Shown here piece after piece: positions 1 through 9,248 of a stretch of DNA of 60,685 nucleotides (positions are counted from its first letter, which is position 1; every line of letters begins with the position of its first letter). This DNA is from Candidatus Omnitrophota bacterium (lineage in GTDB: Bacteria; Omnitrophota; Gorgyraeia; Gygaellales; Profunditerraquicolaceae): NCBI GenBank assembly GCA_041653055.1, contig JBAZGD010000004.1, positions 1 to 60,685 of the forward strand, read 5' to 3'. Both the position numbers and the translations under genes were made by a program. The notes under the pieces are model-generated. The model searched no databases. It had not been told where the DNA came from and saw nothing but the letters and a program-made list of their open reading frames with translations.

Positions 1-696
1 GGAGTCGGAGCGCATGAGGTTATTATTGAAAGCCCTTATCACGCCAAGGATATCCCGGATTTACTTCCGCGTGAGATTGAGAATTATATCAAGATGTGCA
101 GAAACAGGGCGTATGACCTTGCCAAGGATAAACGTTTTAAGTATTTGATGTTTTTCAGGAATTTCGGTTCGGCCGCGGGCGCCTCTCTTGAGCACGCGCA
201 TACTCAGGTTGTAGCCCTTCCTATGGTCCCCAAGAATGTGGCTGAGGAGATTGCCGGCGCAAAGAATTATTTTGATTATAAAGAGCGTTGTATTTTCTGC
301 GATATGATAAGGCAGGAAACGCAGGAGAATGACCGTATTGTCCTGGAAAATAAATTCTTTTTATCCTTCTGCCCTTTTGTTTCGCGTTTTCCTTTTGAGA
401 TCTGGATTATGCCTAAAAAACATAACGCTTACCTGCGCTCGATCCTAGATGAAGAGGTGAGTTATCTAGCGGAGATTTTAAAAGAGACTATCGCAAAGGT
501 AAAAAGAGTTTTTCCTAACCTGGCTTATAATTACATTATTCACGTAGCGCCTATTAACGGCGATACGGACGTGGAGTATTATCATTGGCATATTGAATTT
601 ATGCCTAAATTAACACAGGTCGCGGGTTTTGAGTGGGGTACGGGTTTTTACATTGACCCGATTACCCCGGAACAATCCGCAAAATATCTCAAATAA
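1..696 (+). CDS. galT: Galactose-1-phosphate uridylyltransferase / GalT-like nucleotidyltransferase (5' end outside window)
   Basis: Frame is open from base 1 (GVGAHEVIIESP...). Carries the HxHxQ nucleophile motif (HAHTQ), CIFC zinc motif, and YHWHIEFMPKL...AGFEWGTG C-terminal signature. Confidence 0.88.
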   Translation, partial: GVGAHEVIIESPYHAKDIPDLLPREIENYIKMCRNRAYDLAKDKRFKYLMFFRNFGSAAGASLEHAHTQVVALPMVPKNVAEEIAGAKNYFDYKERCIFCDMIRQETQENDRIVLENKFFLSFCPFVSRFPFEIWIMPKKHNAYLRSILDEEVSYLAEILKETIAKVKRVFPNLAYNYIIHVAPINGDTDVEYYHWHIEFMPKLTQVAGFEWGTGFYIDPITPEQSAKYLK

Positions 697-759
697 ATCG
701 GGGACGCTCCCCAAAGGGACACTCCGCGAAGGTGGTATCTTAGGGAGCGATCCCGATTT
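696..759. repeat. GGGAC-core repeat family C: left arm plus degenerate right arm
   Basis: GGGGACGCTCCCCAAAGGGACACTC at 700-724. Partial inverted arm GGGAGCGATCCCGATTT at 743-759 pairs with AAATCGGGGACGCTCCC. Confidence 0.8.
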
Positions 760-777
760 TAAAAGGAGGGTAACAAG

Positions 778-1830
778 ATGGCGGTAAAAGTTGGTATCAA
801 TGGTTTTGGCAGGATTGGGCGTTTAGTGGCACGGGCTATATTAGAGAAGAATAGCAAAGATATTGAATTGGTGGCGGTCAATGACCTGACTGACGCAAAG
901 TCAAACGCTTACCTTTTTAAATATGACTCGGTGCACGGAAGGTTTAACGGAGAGGTAGAGGCTTCATCCGCAGATACGATATCAGTTAACGGCAAGGAGA
1001 TTAAGGTCCTAAGCAAAAGGGATCCCTCTGAGCTTCCCTGGAAAGATTTAGGGGTTGAGATAGTGGTTGAGTCAACCGGTTTGTTTACCGTTAAGAAAGA
1101 CGGTGTAAACAAAAAGGGCAAAGAGGTCAAAGGCGCCGAGAACCATATCACCAAGGGTGGCGCAAAGAAGGTAATTATTTCTGCTCCCGCGCAGGGCGAG
1201 GATATAACTATCGTTTTAGGGGTGAATGAAGATAAATATGACCCTAAAAATCATAATGTTTTATCCAATGCCTCATGTACGACTAACTGCCTGGCTCCGG
1301 TTGCTAAGGTTATGAATGATAATTGGGGGGTCGTAAAAGGGTTAATGACCACGATTCACTCCTATACCAATGACCAGAAGATCCATGATATGGCGCACTC
1401 GGATTTACGCCGTGCCCGCGCTGCCGCAGTTTCTATGATACCTACATCAACCGGTGCTGCCAAGGCAATCTCGCTGGTTATCCCTGAGTTGAAGGGAAAG
1501 CTGGATGGTTTTGCAATCCGCGTGCCAACGCCTAATGTTTCAGTGGTTGATTTAACGGTGGCGTTATCCAAGAAGGTAACCGCTGAAGAGCTGAATGCTG
1601 CGTTTAAGGCAGCTTCTGAAGGCGCGATGAAGGGTATTTTAGGCTATACCGAAGACCCTGTGGTTTCAATTGATTTTAACCACTGCCTGTTAAGTTCGAT
1701 AGTTGATGCCAAGAGTACTAAGGTTATCCAGGATGATTTTGTTAAGGTCCTCTCATGGTATGATAATGAGTGGGGTTATTCAAACCGCGTTGTCGACCTT
1801 TGCGAATACATCATCCAAAAAGGCCTTTAA
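778..1830 (+). CDS. gap: Type I glyceraldehyde-3-phosphate dehydrogenase
   Basis: [10 protein letters not shown] Rossmann motif, catalytic [16 protein letters not shown]; SD AGGAGG upstream. Confidence 0.98.
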   Translation: MAVKVGINGFGRIGRLVARAILEKNSKDIELVAVNDLTDAKSNAYLFKYDSVHGRFNGEVEASSADTISVNGKEIKVLSKRDPSELPWKDLGVEIVVESTGLFTVKKDGVNKKGKEVKGAENHITKGGAKKVIISAPAQGEDITIVLGVNEDKYDPKNHNVLSNASCTTNCLAPVAKVMNDNWGVVKGLMTTIHSYTNDQKIHDMAHSDLRRARAAAVSMIPTSTGAAKAISLVIPELKGKLDGFAIRVPTPNVSVVDLTVALSKKVTAEELNAAFKAASEGAMKGILGYTEDPVVSIDFNHCLLSSIVDAKSTKVIQDDFVKVLSWYDNEWGYSNRVVDLCEYIIQKGL

Positions 1831-1833
1831 TAC

Positions 1834-1950
1834 CTTGGGGACGCTCCCGAAAGGGACACTCCCCATAAGTTATTGAAAGAAAATTAGTAAAAAATAGAGA
1901 AAATAATCATTTTTTAGAGCTAGAGTGTCCCTTTCGGGAGCGTCCCCAAG
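1834..1950. repeat. Family C doublet: perfect 28-bp inverted repeat around a 61-bp AT-rich spacer
   Basis: CTTGGGGACGCTCCCGAAAGGGACACTC (1834-1861) is the exact reverse complement of 1923-1950. Confidence 0.93.
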
Positions 1951-1965
1951 AAGGAGAAGAGAAGG

Positions 1966-3147
1966 ATGGAGAAGCTGACAATTAAGGATATTGATTTTAA
2001 GGATAAGGTTGTTTTGATGAGGGCGGATTTTAATGTGCCGCAGGATGCAGGCTTAAATATTACAGATGATACGCGTATCCGCGCCACACTCCCGACGATA
2101 AAGTATATCCTGGAGCATGGAGTAAAGAGGCTTGTGCTGATGAGCCATTTAGGCAGGCCTGATGGCAAGGTTGTTGAAAAATACAGCTTAAGGCCCGTAT
2201 CAGCGCGCTTAAAAGAGCTCTTAGGCGAGGATGTTTTATTCCTGAATGATTGCGTGGGAGATAATATCAAGCAGTCAATCCAGTCTGCCAAGGAGAGGAT
2301 AGTTCTTTTGGAGAATTTACGTTTCCATGCGCAGGAAGAGGCAAATGACCCGGATTTCTCAAGGCAGCTTGCTTCTTTAGGGGAAATATTCGTAAATGAT
2401 GCTTTTGGCACTGCCCATCGCGCGCATGCCTCAACCGAAGGGGTAACGCATTTCTTAAAGTCAGCTGCCGGATTCCTTCTGGAGAAGGAGATTAAGTATC
2501 TAGGCGGGGCAGTAAGCAATCCTGCCAAGCCGTTTGTAGTAATTTTAGGCGGTGCAAAGGTCTCGGATAAGATAGGGATGATCGAGAATCTTCTGCCAAA
2601 GGCCGATGCGATTATAGTCGGAGGCGGGATGGCCTACACCTTTCTTAAGGCGCAGGGCAAGCCAATCGGCAACTCAAAGCTTGAAAAGGATAAATTGGAT
2701 TTAGCAAAATCAATCCTTCAGCAGGCCAGGGATCAGAAAAAAGATATTCTTCTGCCCGTAGACAATATTGTGGTCGAGGCAATTGATGCGAACGCAAAAG
2801 TTGAAACATCAGGCGAGGATATTCCCGACGGAAAGATCGCGGTTGATATCGGCCCAAAGACAGCCAGGCTTTTTATGGATAGGTTAAGCACTGCCAAGAC
2901 TATTGTCTGGAACGGCCCGCTGGGGATCTTTGAGATGGACGCATTCAGCAAGGGCACAAAGGATGTCGCTGGTTTTATCGCCCAATTAAACTGTACCTCA
3001 ATTATCGGAGGCGGCGATACGGCGGCAGCGATTGCGAAATTTAAATTGGAAGATAAAATGACGCACATTTCAACAGGAGGCGGGGCAAGCTTGGAATATC
3101 TGGAAGGTAAGGTTTTGCCGGGTGTAGCAGCTTTAACCGATAAATAA
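1966..3147 (+). CDS. pgk: Phosphoglycerate kinase
   Basis: RADFNVP, SHLGRP, LLENLRF, NDAFGTAHRAHAS, STGGGASLEYLEG motifs. Confidence 0.98.
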   Translation: MEKLTIKDIDFKDKVVLMRADFNVPQDAGLNITDDTRIRATLPTIKYILEHGVKRLVLMSHLGRPDGKVVEKYSLRPVSARLKELLGEDVLFLNDCVGDNIKQSIQSAKERIVLLENLRFHAQEEANDPDFSRQLASLGEIFVNDAFGTAHRAHASTEGVTHFLKSAAGFLLEKEIKYLGGAVSNPAKPFVVILGGAKVSDKIGMIENLLPKADAIIVGGGMAYTFLKAQGKPIGNSKLEKDKLDLAKSILQQARDQKKDILLPVDNIVVEAIDANAKVETSGEDIPDGKIAVDIGPKTARLFMDRLSTAKTIVWNGPLGIFEMDAFSKGTKDVAGFIAQLNCTSIIGGGDTAAAIAKFKLEDKMTHISTGGGASLEYLEGKVLPGVAALTDK

Positions 3148-3148
3148 A

Positions 3149-3922
3149 ATGCGAAAAACCATCATTGCCGGAAACTGGAAGATGCATAAGACTATCAAGG
3201 AGGCGATTGAATTAAGCAACGGCTTAAAGAGGGAGCTTTTTAAACTAGATACGCAGGCAGTGGATGTAATTTTATGCCCGCCCTTTACCGCGCTATCCGA
3301 GGTTGCCGAGGTAATCAGCGAAACAGGGATAAAATTGGGAGGACAAAATTTATACTGGGCTGACGAGGGGGCATTCACCGGAGAGGTTTCCGCAAAGATG
3401 TTAAAAGATGCGGGGTGTGATTTTACGATTATCGGGCACTCTGAACGCAGGCAATTTTTCGCAGAGACTAATGAGAATGTAAACAAAAAAATAAAGGCAG
3501 CTTTATCCGCCGGGCTCACCCCGATTGTCTGCATCGGAGAGAGGCTTGAGGAGAGGGAAACGGGCAAGACATTTGATATACTTAATGACCATCTTTCAGG
3601 GGCCTTAGCAGGTCTACTGGCGGAGGAGGTTTTGAAGATCGTGGTGGCTTATGAGCCGGTTTGGGCAATAGGCACAGGGAAGACTGCTACCCCGGCCCAG
3701 GCGCAGGAAGTGCATAAGTATATTCGCGATTTACTGCGCAAGCTTTATAACCAGGAAGTAGCTTCGGAGGTCAGGATACAATACGGCGGAAGCGTTAAGC
3801 CGGAGAATATAGCAGAGTTAATGAAACAGCCGGATCTTGACGGGGCGCTGGTGGGTGGCGCAAGCCTAAAGGTTGAGTCGTTCTCTGAAATCGTAAAACA
3901 AGCAGCTGAGGTGCTAAAATGA
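3149..3922 (+). CDS. tpiA: Triosephosphate isomerase
   Basis: AGNWKM, GHSERR, AYEPVWAIGTG, YGGSV, LVGGASL motifs. Confidence 0.98.
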   Translation: MRKTIIAGNWKMHKTIKEAIELSNGLKRELFKLDTQAVDVILCPPFTALSEVAEVISETGIKLGGQNLYWADEGAFTGEVSAKMLKDAGCDFTIIGHSERRQFFAETNENVNKKIKAALSAGLTPIVCIGERLEERETGKTFDILNDHLSGALAGLLAEEVLKIVVAYEPVWAIGTGKTATPAQAQEVHKYIRDLLRKLYNQEVASEVRIQYGGSVKPENIAELMKQPDLDGALVGGASLKVESFSEIVKQAAEVLK

Positions 3923-4260
3923 TGGGATTTATTATCGCAATCCATGTAATTGCCTGCGCATTGCTTATCGTCTTGGTTTTAATTCAGAGGGGCAGGGGCG
4001 GGGGGTTAGTTGAAAGTTTTTCCGGAGTTGAGTCGATGTTCGGGACAAAGACGAACGCCTTTTTAACGCGTATTACTACTATTTGCGCAACGGTATTTTT
4101 TCTTACGTGTTTAACCCTTGCGATTCTATCGATCAGGCAGAGCAAGTCATTGCTGGCCAATGTTAAGCCCGTATCTGCCCCGAAAGCTGTCCAGGAGGAT
4201 GCTGCAGCCGCTATCCCTGTAGCTAGTGAGCCAAAACCTGTCACAGGTGCCGCTAAATAA
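3919..4260 (+). CDS. secG: Preprotein translocase subunit SecG
   Basis: Two TM segments, VLIQRGRGGGL...FG pattern, conserved position directly after tpiA. Confidence 0.93.
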   Translation: MMGFIIAIHVIACALLIVLVLIQRGRGGGLVESFSGVESMFGTKTNAFLTRITTICATVFFLTCLTLAILSIRQSKSLLANVKPVSAPKAVQEDAAAAIPVASEPKPVTGAAK

Positions 4261-5404
4261 TAAAAAGTTATTCTGGATATTTGCCTTAAGCAGCTGCGTA
4301 TATTTTACTCAGGGTATAGAGGCGCTTCCTTCCCAGGGTTTATTCTACTACCTTAAAGAAATACTTCATTTTTCCCCGCAGAAGATAATGGTAATCTCCA
4401 GCATACCTGTTTTGGCATGGCTGATTAAGCCGTTGATCGGGTATGTAATTGATAATTTCTTTACCAAGAAAAAGTGGATCTTTATATCTTTAGGCTTGGA
4501 TATATTGCTGGTTTTAGCCTTAGGGTTGATAGAGATGCCGCTTATTCTGCTGATTATTATAATTGCGCTAAATTCTGCCGATTCTGCTTTCCGCGACGTA
4601 GCAGTGGATGGGGTGATGTGCGTTGAAGGGAAGAAATATAATATTACCGGAAAGATCCAGAGCGTACAGTGGATTGCTTTATCTCTGGCCGGGATTATAA
4701 CGGGAGTAGGCGGAGGCTACCTTGCCCAGATTTGGGGTTACCGGGGGGCCTTTCTCTGCCTGGTGCCTATATATATTATTGTAACATTACCGGCGTATTT
4801 TTACCGCGAGACTATCGTAAGAGGCGCTAAAGAAAGAGGGCATTTAGGCCAGGACCTGAAAGCGCTTTTTGGCGATAAATATCTTTTGCTGGTGGCGCTA
4901 TTTATATTCCTCTATAAATATTCGCCGTCTTTTGGCACCCCGCTATTTTTTATCCAGAGGGATATTTTCAACTGGGGCAAGGTCTGGATAGGGTTTTTAA
5001 GCACCTTGGGCACGGTCTGCGGGATCATCGGCTCAATTTTTTATTACCGGTACAGCCAGAAGATAGATATAAAAAAGTGGCTCTACGCCTCGGTTTTCCT
5101 GGGGGCAATCACTACCATGAGCTACCTTTATTATACTCCGGTTACTGCGGTGATTTATGATGTCGTTTACAGTTTTATCGGGATGTTTATATTTATTATG
5201 GTGATGGATTTTATGGCGCGTAGTTCTATCAAAGGGCTCGAGGCCACTTCTTTTGCCCTTTTATGCAGCGTCAGTAACCTGGCGCTTGTCTTAAGTAACC
5301 TTTCCGGCGCCTATCTTTTGCCTAAGATTGGCCTGAGCTGGCTTATTATTATTTCCAGCCTTACCAGCTTTCTCTGTTTGCCGTTGATTCGCAAGATAAA
5401 ATAG
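4226..5404 (+). CDS. MFS transporter, probably BT1 folate/biopterin-like (start uncertain: GTG 4226 or GTG 4247)
   Basis: About 12 hydrophobic segments; W-x-IKPL-x-G-x-x-x-D and DVAVDG motifs resemble the BT1 family. The subfamily call is inference. Confidence 0.7.
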   Translation: MSQNLSQVPLNNKKLFWIFALSSCVYFTQGIEALPSQGLFYYLKEILHFSPQKIMVISSIPVLAWLIKPLIGYVIDNFFTKKKWIFISLGLDILLVLALGLIEMPLILLIIIIALNSADSAFRDVAVDGVMCVEGKKYNITGKIQSVQWIALSLAGIITGVGGGYLAQIWGYRGAFLCLVPIYIIVTLPAYFYRETIVRGAKERGHLGQDLKALFGDKYLLLVALFIFLYKYSPSFGTPLFFIQRDIFNWGKVWIGFLSTLGTVCGIIGSIFYYRYSQKIDIKKWLYASVFLGAITTMSYLYYTPVTAVIYDVVYSFIGMFIFIMVMDFMARSSIKGLEATSFALLCSVSNLALVLSNLSGAYLLPKIGLSWLIIISSLTSFLCLPLIRKIK

Positions 5405-5440
5405 GGGACAGTCCCAAATAAAGGGGACGGTCCTATTTTT
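5404..5440. repeat. Family A left arm of the RAYT element, preceded by the palindrome GGGGACAGTCCC
   Basis: AAATAAAGGGGACGGTCCTATTTTT at 5416-5440 is identical to 7493-7517 and inverted relative to 6172-6192. Confidence 0.9.
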
Positions 5441-5492
5441 TTTGTTAGATTTCTTTTCTCCCTGCGTCTATTAAGGTAGAAGGGAGGGAATT

Positions 5493-6179
5493 ATGCCTAG
5501 GACAAGGAGAATAATACCTATTGAGGAAGCAGCTTTGCATATAGTTTGTAGAGGGAATAACCGGCAGAGGATTTTTTATGATGACGGAGATAAATTAAAG
5601 TATTACGCTTTATTATGTGAACTGAAACATGAAAACGGGGTAGATATATTAAATTACTGCATAATGGATAACCATGTCCATTCTATATCATACCTGAGAT
5701 CGGAAAATAATTTATCCAAATTCATGAAGCAAGTTAACTTGAGTTATTTTCACTACTATAAAAAGAAATACGGATATTGCGGGCACCTTTGGCAGAATAG
5801 ATTCCGAAGTAATATTATTGAATATGACCGGTATTTGCTGCAATGCGGAAAATATATTGAACTTAATCCTGTAAGGGCGGGCATGGTAAACTCTCCGGGC
5901 GAATATCTATTTTCTAGCTATAATTATTACTCAAACGGAAAGCCGGATAGCCTTGTGACAACTAGCCCGGTTTATCGGGGACTATCTGACTCTCCTAGCG
6001 CAAGGCAGAAGAATTATATTAATTTTGTTATCAATGGCAGTATAATAAACTCAACTGTGATTGCGAAAAATCTGTATATAGGCAGCCCAGAGTTTATTGC
6101 TATGTATCAGGAGCGCTTTAAGATTAAGAATCCACGCATAGTTAAGGGAAGGCCGCCAAAGGAGAGCCAGGAAAAATAG
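5493..6179 (+). CDS. REP-associated tyrosine transposase (RAYT; IS200/IS605-related Y1 HUH superfamily)
   Basis: HIVCRGNNRQRIF, HUH motif MDNHVH, LWQNRF, catalytic-Tyr region YIELNPVRAG. The stop codon TAG lies inside the right arm. Confidence 0.9.
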   Translation: MPRTRRIIPIEEAALHIVCRGNNRQRIFYDDGDKLKYYALLCELKHENGVDILNYCIMDNHVHSISYLRSENNLSKFMKQVNLSYFHYYKKKYGYCGHLWQNRFRSNIIEYDRYLLQCGKYIELNPVRAGMVNSPGEYLFSSYNYYSNGKPDSLVTTSPVYRGLSDSPSARQKNYINFVINGSIINSTVIAKNLYIGSPEFIAMYQERFKIKNPRIVKGRPPKESQEK

Positions 6180-6192
6180 GACCGTCCCCTTT
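6172..6192. repeat. Family A right arm of the RAYT element
   Basis: AAAAATAGGACCGTCCCCTTT is the reverse complement of 5420-5440. Confidence 0.92.
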
Positions 6193-6206
6193 GTTTTCAA
6201 TAATAC

Positions 6207-6235
6207 TTGAAGATCAGGGATTAAAGTAGTATAAT
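6207..6235 (+). promoter_or_regulatory. Sigma70-type promoter for glgC
   Basis: TTGAAG-N17-TATAAT, followed by SD GGAG before ATG 6260. Confidence 0.65.
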
Positions 6236-6259
6236 CCTTTTCAAAGGAGATTTGCTGGA

Positions 6260-7486
6260 ATGATGCAGAAGGTTTTAACATTTATCATGGCCGGAGGCAA
6301 AGGCGAGAGGCTGCTTCCCCTAACCAAGGATAGGGCTAAGCCGGCGGTTCCCTTTGGCGGTATTTACAGGATCGTAGATTTTACCCTGAGTAACTGCATT
6401 AATTCGGGTTTGCGCAGGATATATTTATTAACCCAGTATAAATCCGCTTCGCTGCATAGGCATATCCGTTTGGGGTGGAATATTCTTCCTTCAGAGCTAG
6501 CGCAATTCATAGAATTATTACCGGCTCAGCAGAGAGTTAGCGATTCATGGTATCTGGGTACCGCCGATGCCATATACCAGAATCTTTATACCCTGGATAT
6601 GGATAAGCCGGATGAAGTCCTGATTCTAGCCGGAGATCATATCTATAAGATGAATTATTACGATATGATTGATTTTCACCGTGCTAATGATGCCGATCTT
6701 ACTGTGGGCGTGGTGGAGATAGACAAGTCAAGCTCTCCGCATCTTGGCGTTGTGGAAGTGAATGATTCCAACAAGGTAAGCGGTTTTCAGGAGAAACCTA
6801 AGAATCCAAGGACAATTCCCGGAAATGATAATAAAATATACGCCTCTATGGGCATTTATGTTTTTAAGGGCAAGGTAATTGAGGAAGAGCTGCATGAGGA
6901 TGTCAAGCGAATCGGCTCCTCGCATGATTTCGGCAGGGATATAATCCCTTATATGCTTAAGAAAGGGAGAAAGATAGTAGCCTATAATTTTGTGGACCAG
7001 AATAAGCATGAGGCGCTTTACTGGAGGGATATCGGGACAATTGATGCTTATTTTGAGGCGAATATGGATTTGATCCAGGTCAATCCCACATTTAACCTTT
7101 ATGATAAGGAGTGGCCGATCAGGACTTATCAGGAACAGTTCCCTCCGGTAAAGACCGTGCATTCAGGTGATGAGATTGCCGGAAGGGTAGGGCTGGTCCT
7201 GGATTCAATAGTCTCCAGCGCCTGCGTTGTTTCCGGAGGCAAGGTGCAGCGTTCGGTCCTTTCTCCGAATGTAAGGGTAAACAGTTTTTCTGAGGTATAT
7301 GACTCCATACTTATGGAAGGGGTTAATGTAGGCAGGTATGCCAAGGTTAAACGCGCTATCATCGATAAGGATGTGAATATTCCCCAGGGAATGGTTATCG
7401 GCTATGACTTGGCCGAGGATAAGAAGAAGTTTTTTGTTACCGAATCCGGGATTGTGGTTGTAGCAAAAGGAACGGAGATAAAATAA
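6260..7486 (+). CDS. glgC: Glucose-1-phosphate adenylyltransferase (ADP-glucose pyrophosphorylase)
   Basis: MAGGKGERLLPLT...RAKPAVPFGG, GTADAIYQN, LAGDHIY, FQEKP, YWRDIGTIDAY, C-terminal beta-helix. Confidence 0.97.
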   Translation: MMQKVLTFIMAGGKGERLLPLTKDRAKPAVPFGGIYRIVDFTLSNCINSGLRRIYLLTQYKSASLHRHIRLGWNILPSELAQFIELLPAQQRVSDSWYLGTADAIYQNLYTLDMDKPDEVLILAGDHIYKMNYYDMIDFHRANDADLTVGVVEIDKSSSPHLGVVEVNDSNKVSGFQEKPKNPRTIPGNDNKIYASMGIYVFKGKVIEEELHEDVKRIGSSHDFGRDIIPYMLKKGRKIVAYNFVDQNKHEALYWRDIGTIDAYFEANMDLIQVNPTFNLYDKEWPIRTYQEQFPPVKTVHSGDEIAGRVGLVLDSIVSSACVVSGGKVQRSVLSPNVRVNSFSEVYDSILMEGVNVGRYAKVKRAIIDKDVNIPQGMVIGYDLAEDKKKFFVTESGIVVVAKGTEIK

Positions 7487-7492
7487 AGTGGG

Positions 7493-7563
7493 AAATAAAG
7501 GGGACGGTCCTATTTTTTCTTAAAGCGGAAATAGTTTTAAAAATAGGACCGTCCCCTTTATTT
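7493..7563. repeat. Family A doublet (REPIN/MITE-like): 25-bp perfect inverted repeat with 21-bp spacer
   Basis: 7493-7517 AAATAAAGGGGACGGTCCTATTTTT and 7539-7563 are reverse complements; same arms as the RAYT element. Confidence 0.93.
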
Positions 7564-7569
7564 TAGAGA

Positions 7570-8019
7570 ATGATTAGAAAAGCGAAGATAAAAGATGTGA
7601 AGCAGATGCAGGAGATGATTAATGCTTTTGCCAAGCAGGATATTATGCTTGCGCGCTCCCTAAATGAGCTCTACGAGAATATACGCGATTTTTGGGTTAA
7701 GGAAGAAAAGGGGAAAGTTACCGGCTGCGCTGCCTTGCATATCTCATGGGATGATTTGGCAGAGATTAAGTCGGTAGCAGTCTTAAGGAGGCGCCAGGGC
7801 AAAGGTGTAGGCAGGGAGTTAACCGAGGCATGCCTGGATGAAGCTGTCCGCTTAGGAATAAAAAAAGTTTTTATGCTTACTTATAAACCGGAGTATTTTA
7901 AAAAGTTTGGTTTCAAGAGGGTAAGCCACGCGAGCCTTCCGCATAAGATCTGGGCAGAGTGCATCAATTGCCCGAAATTCCCAAATTGCCAGGAAGTTGC
8001 CCTTCAAAAAATCTTGTAA
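7570..8019 (+). CDS. GNAT N-acetyltransferase, short ArgA-like (putative N-acetylglutamate synthase)
   Basis: RSLNELYENIRDF, AEIKSVAV, acetyl-CoA loop RRQGKGVG, C-terminal LPHKIWAECINCPKFPNCQE typical of the short ArgA-like family. Substrate is inferred. Confidence 0.75.
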   Translation: MIRKAKIKDVKQMQEMINAFAKQDIMLARSLNELYENIRDFWVKEEKGKVTGCAALHISWDDLAEIKSVAVLRRRQGKGVGRELTEACLDEAVRLGIKKVFMLTYKPEYFKKFGFKRVSHASLPHKIWAECINCPKFPNCQEVALQKIL

Positions 8020-8041
8020 AATAAATATTTTATGCTATAAT
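8014..8041 (+). promoter_or_regulatory. Sigma70-type promoter for the acyl-CoA dehydrogenase-etfBA operon
   Basis: TTGTAA-N16-TATAAT with extended -10 TG at 8033-8034. Confidence 0.65.
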
Positions 8042-8058
8042 TTTCAGCTATTCATGAG

Positions 8059-8082
8059 AAAAATGGGCGCTGTCCCTATTTA
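8059..8082. repeat. Family B solo arm in the predicted 5' UTR of the acyl-CoA dehydrogenase gene
   Basis: AAAAATGGGCGCTGTCCCTATTTA, identical to 11284-11307. Confidence 0.9.
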
Positions 8083-8093
8083 AAGGAGGAAGA

Positions 8094-9245
8094 ATGGATT
8101 ATCTGTTAACTGATGAACAAAAAATGATTAAGGATCTGGCCCATAAGATTGCCGAAGAGAAGATCCGCCCGGCAGCGGCTAAATATGATATCAGCGAGGA
8201 ATACCCCTGGGATGTATTAAAGGTTATGGCTGAGTCGGATATGTTCGGGCTTTTTATCCCTGAGGAGTACGGCGGGTTAGGGGCAAACGTGATGAATTTA
8301 TGCCTGGCAACTGAGGAGTTCTCCCGCGCCTGCGGAGGCATCGCGGTTTGCTACGCGGCCTCGGCATTGGGGACTTTTCCTATAGTGTTATTCGGCAATG
8401 ATGAGCAGAAGAAGGCGTACCTCCCGGATTTAGCCAAAGGGGCAAAGGTAGCCGCATTTGCAATTACCGAGCCTGAGGCAGGTTCGGACGCTTCCGGGAT
8501 CAAGACTACCGCTAAAAAAGAAGGGGATTATTATATCCTAAACGGCCTCAAGCATTTTATCACCAACGGCGGGGACGCTGAGACCTATGTTGTTATTGCT
8601 ATGACGGATAAGGCTAAGGGCGCGCGCGGCGCTTCAGCATTTATTGTTGAGAAAGGCACTCCTGGTTTTACCTTCGGCAAGAAAGAGGATAAATTCGGCA
8701 TACGCGCATCTTCAACCAGAGAGCTGATATTTACCGACTGCAAGATTCCCGCGAAAAATCTTTTAGCTAAAGAGGGTATGGGTTTTATCGTGACTATGAG
8801 GACCTTTGATATGTCCCGTCCCGGTGTTGCTGCCCAGGCATTAGGGATCGCGCAAGGCGCTTTGGAGTTGGCAGTTAAGTATGCCAAGGAGAGGGTGCAA
8901 TTTGGCAAGCCAATCTCCAGCTTTCAGGGTATCCAGTGGATGCTGGCGGATATGGCTACCGAGGTAGAGGCCGCAAGAGGCCTGGTTTATTCAACCGCGA
9001 GAATGGTGGATGCCGGAGTAAAGGATGTTTCAAAAGAATCGGCCATGGCCAAGATGTACGCCTCGGATGTAGCAATGAAGGTTGCCGTGGATGCGCTTCA
9101 GATATTCGGCGGTTACGGTTATATGAAGGATTACCCGATTGAAAAATACGTGCGCGATGCCAAGATTACCCAGATTTACGAAGGGACTAATCAGGTCCAG
9201 CGCGGGATTATAGCCTTGAAGATCATAAAAGAACTGGCAAAATAA
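8094..9245 (+). CDS. Acyl-CoA dehydrogenase (butyryl-CoA dehydrogenase-like)
   Basis: [35 protein letters not shown], catalytic IYEGT. Substrate not determinable. Confidence 0.95.
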   Translation: MDYLLTDEQKMIKDLAHKIAEEKIRPAAAKYDISEEYPWDVLKVMAESDMFGLFIPEEYGGLGANVMNLCLATEEFSRACGGIAVCYAASALGTFPIVLFGNDEQKKAYLPDLAKGAKVAAFAITEPEAGSDASGIKTTAKKEGDYYILNGLKHFITNGGDAETYVVIAMTDKAKGARGASAFIVEKGTPGFTFGKKEDKFGIRASSTRELIFTDCKIPAKNLLAKEGMGFIVTMRTFDMSRPGVAAQALGIAQGALELAVKYAKERVQFGKPISSFQGIQWMLADMATEVEAARGLVYSTARMVDAGVKDVSKESAMAKMYASDVAMKVAVDALQIFGGYGYMKDYPIEKYVRDAKITQIYEGTNQVQRGIIALKIIKELAK

Positions 9246-9248
9246 AAT

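Larger units (their letters stand above)
5416..6192 (+). mobile_element. REPtron-like element: RAYT gene bounded by 21-bp perfect inverted arms
   Basis: Arms at 5420-5440 and 6172-6192 are exact reverse complements and enclose only the HUH transposase gene and its leader. Confidence 0.75.
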
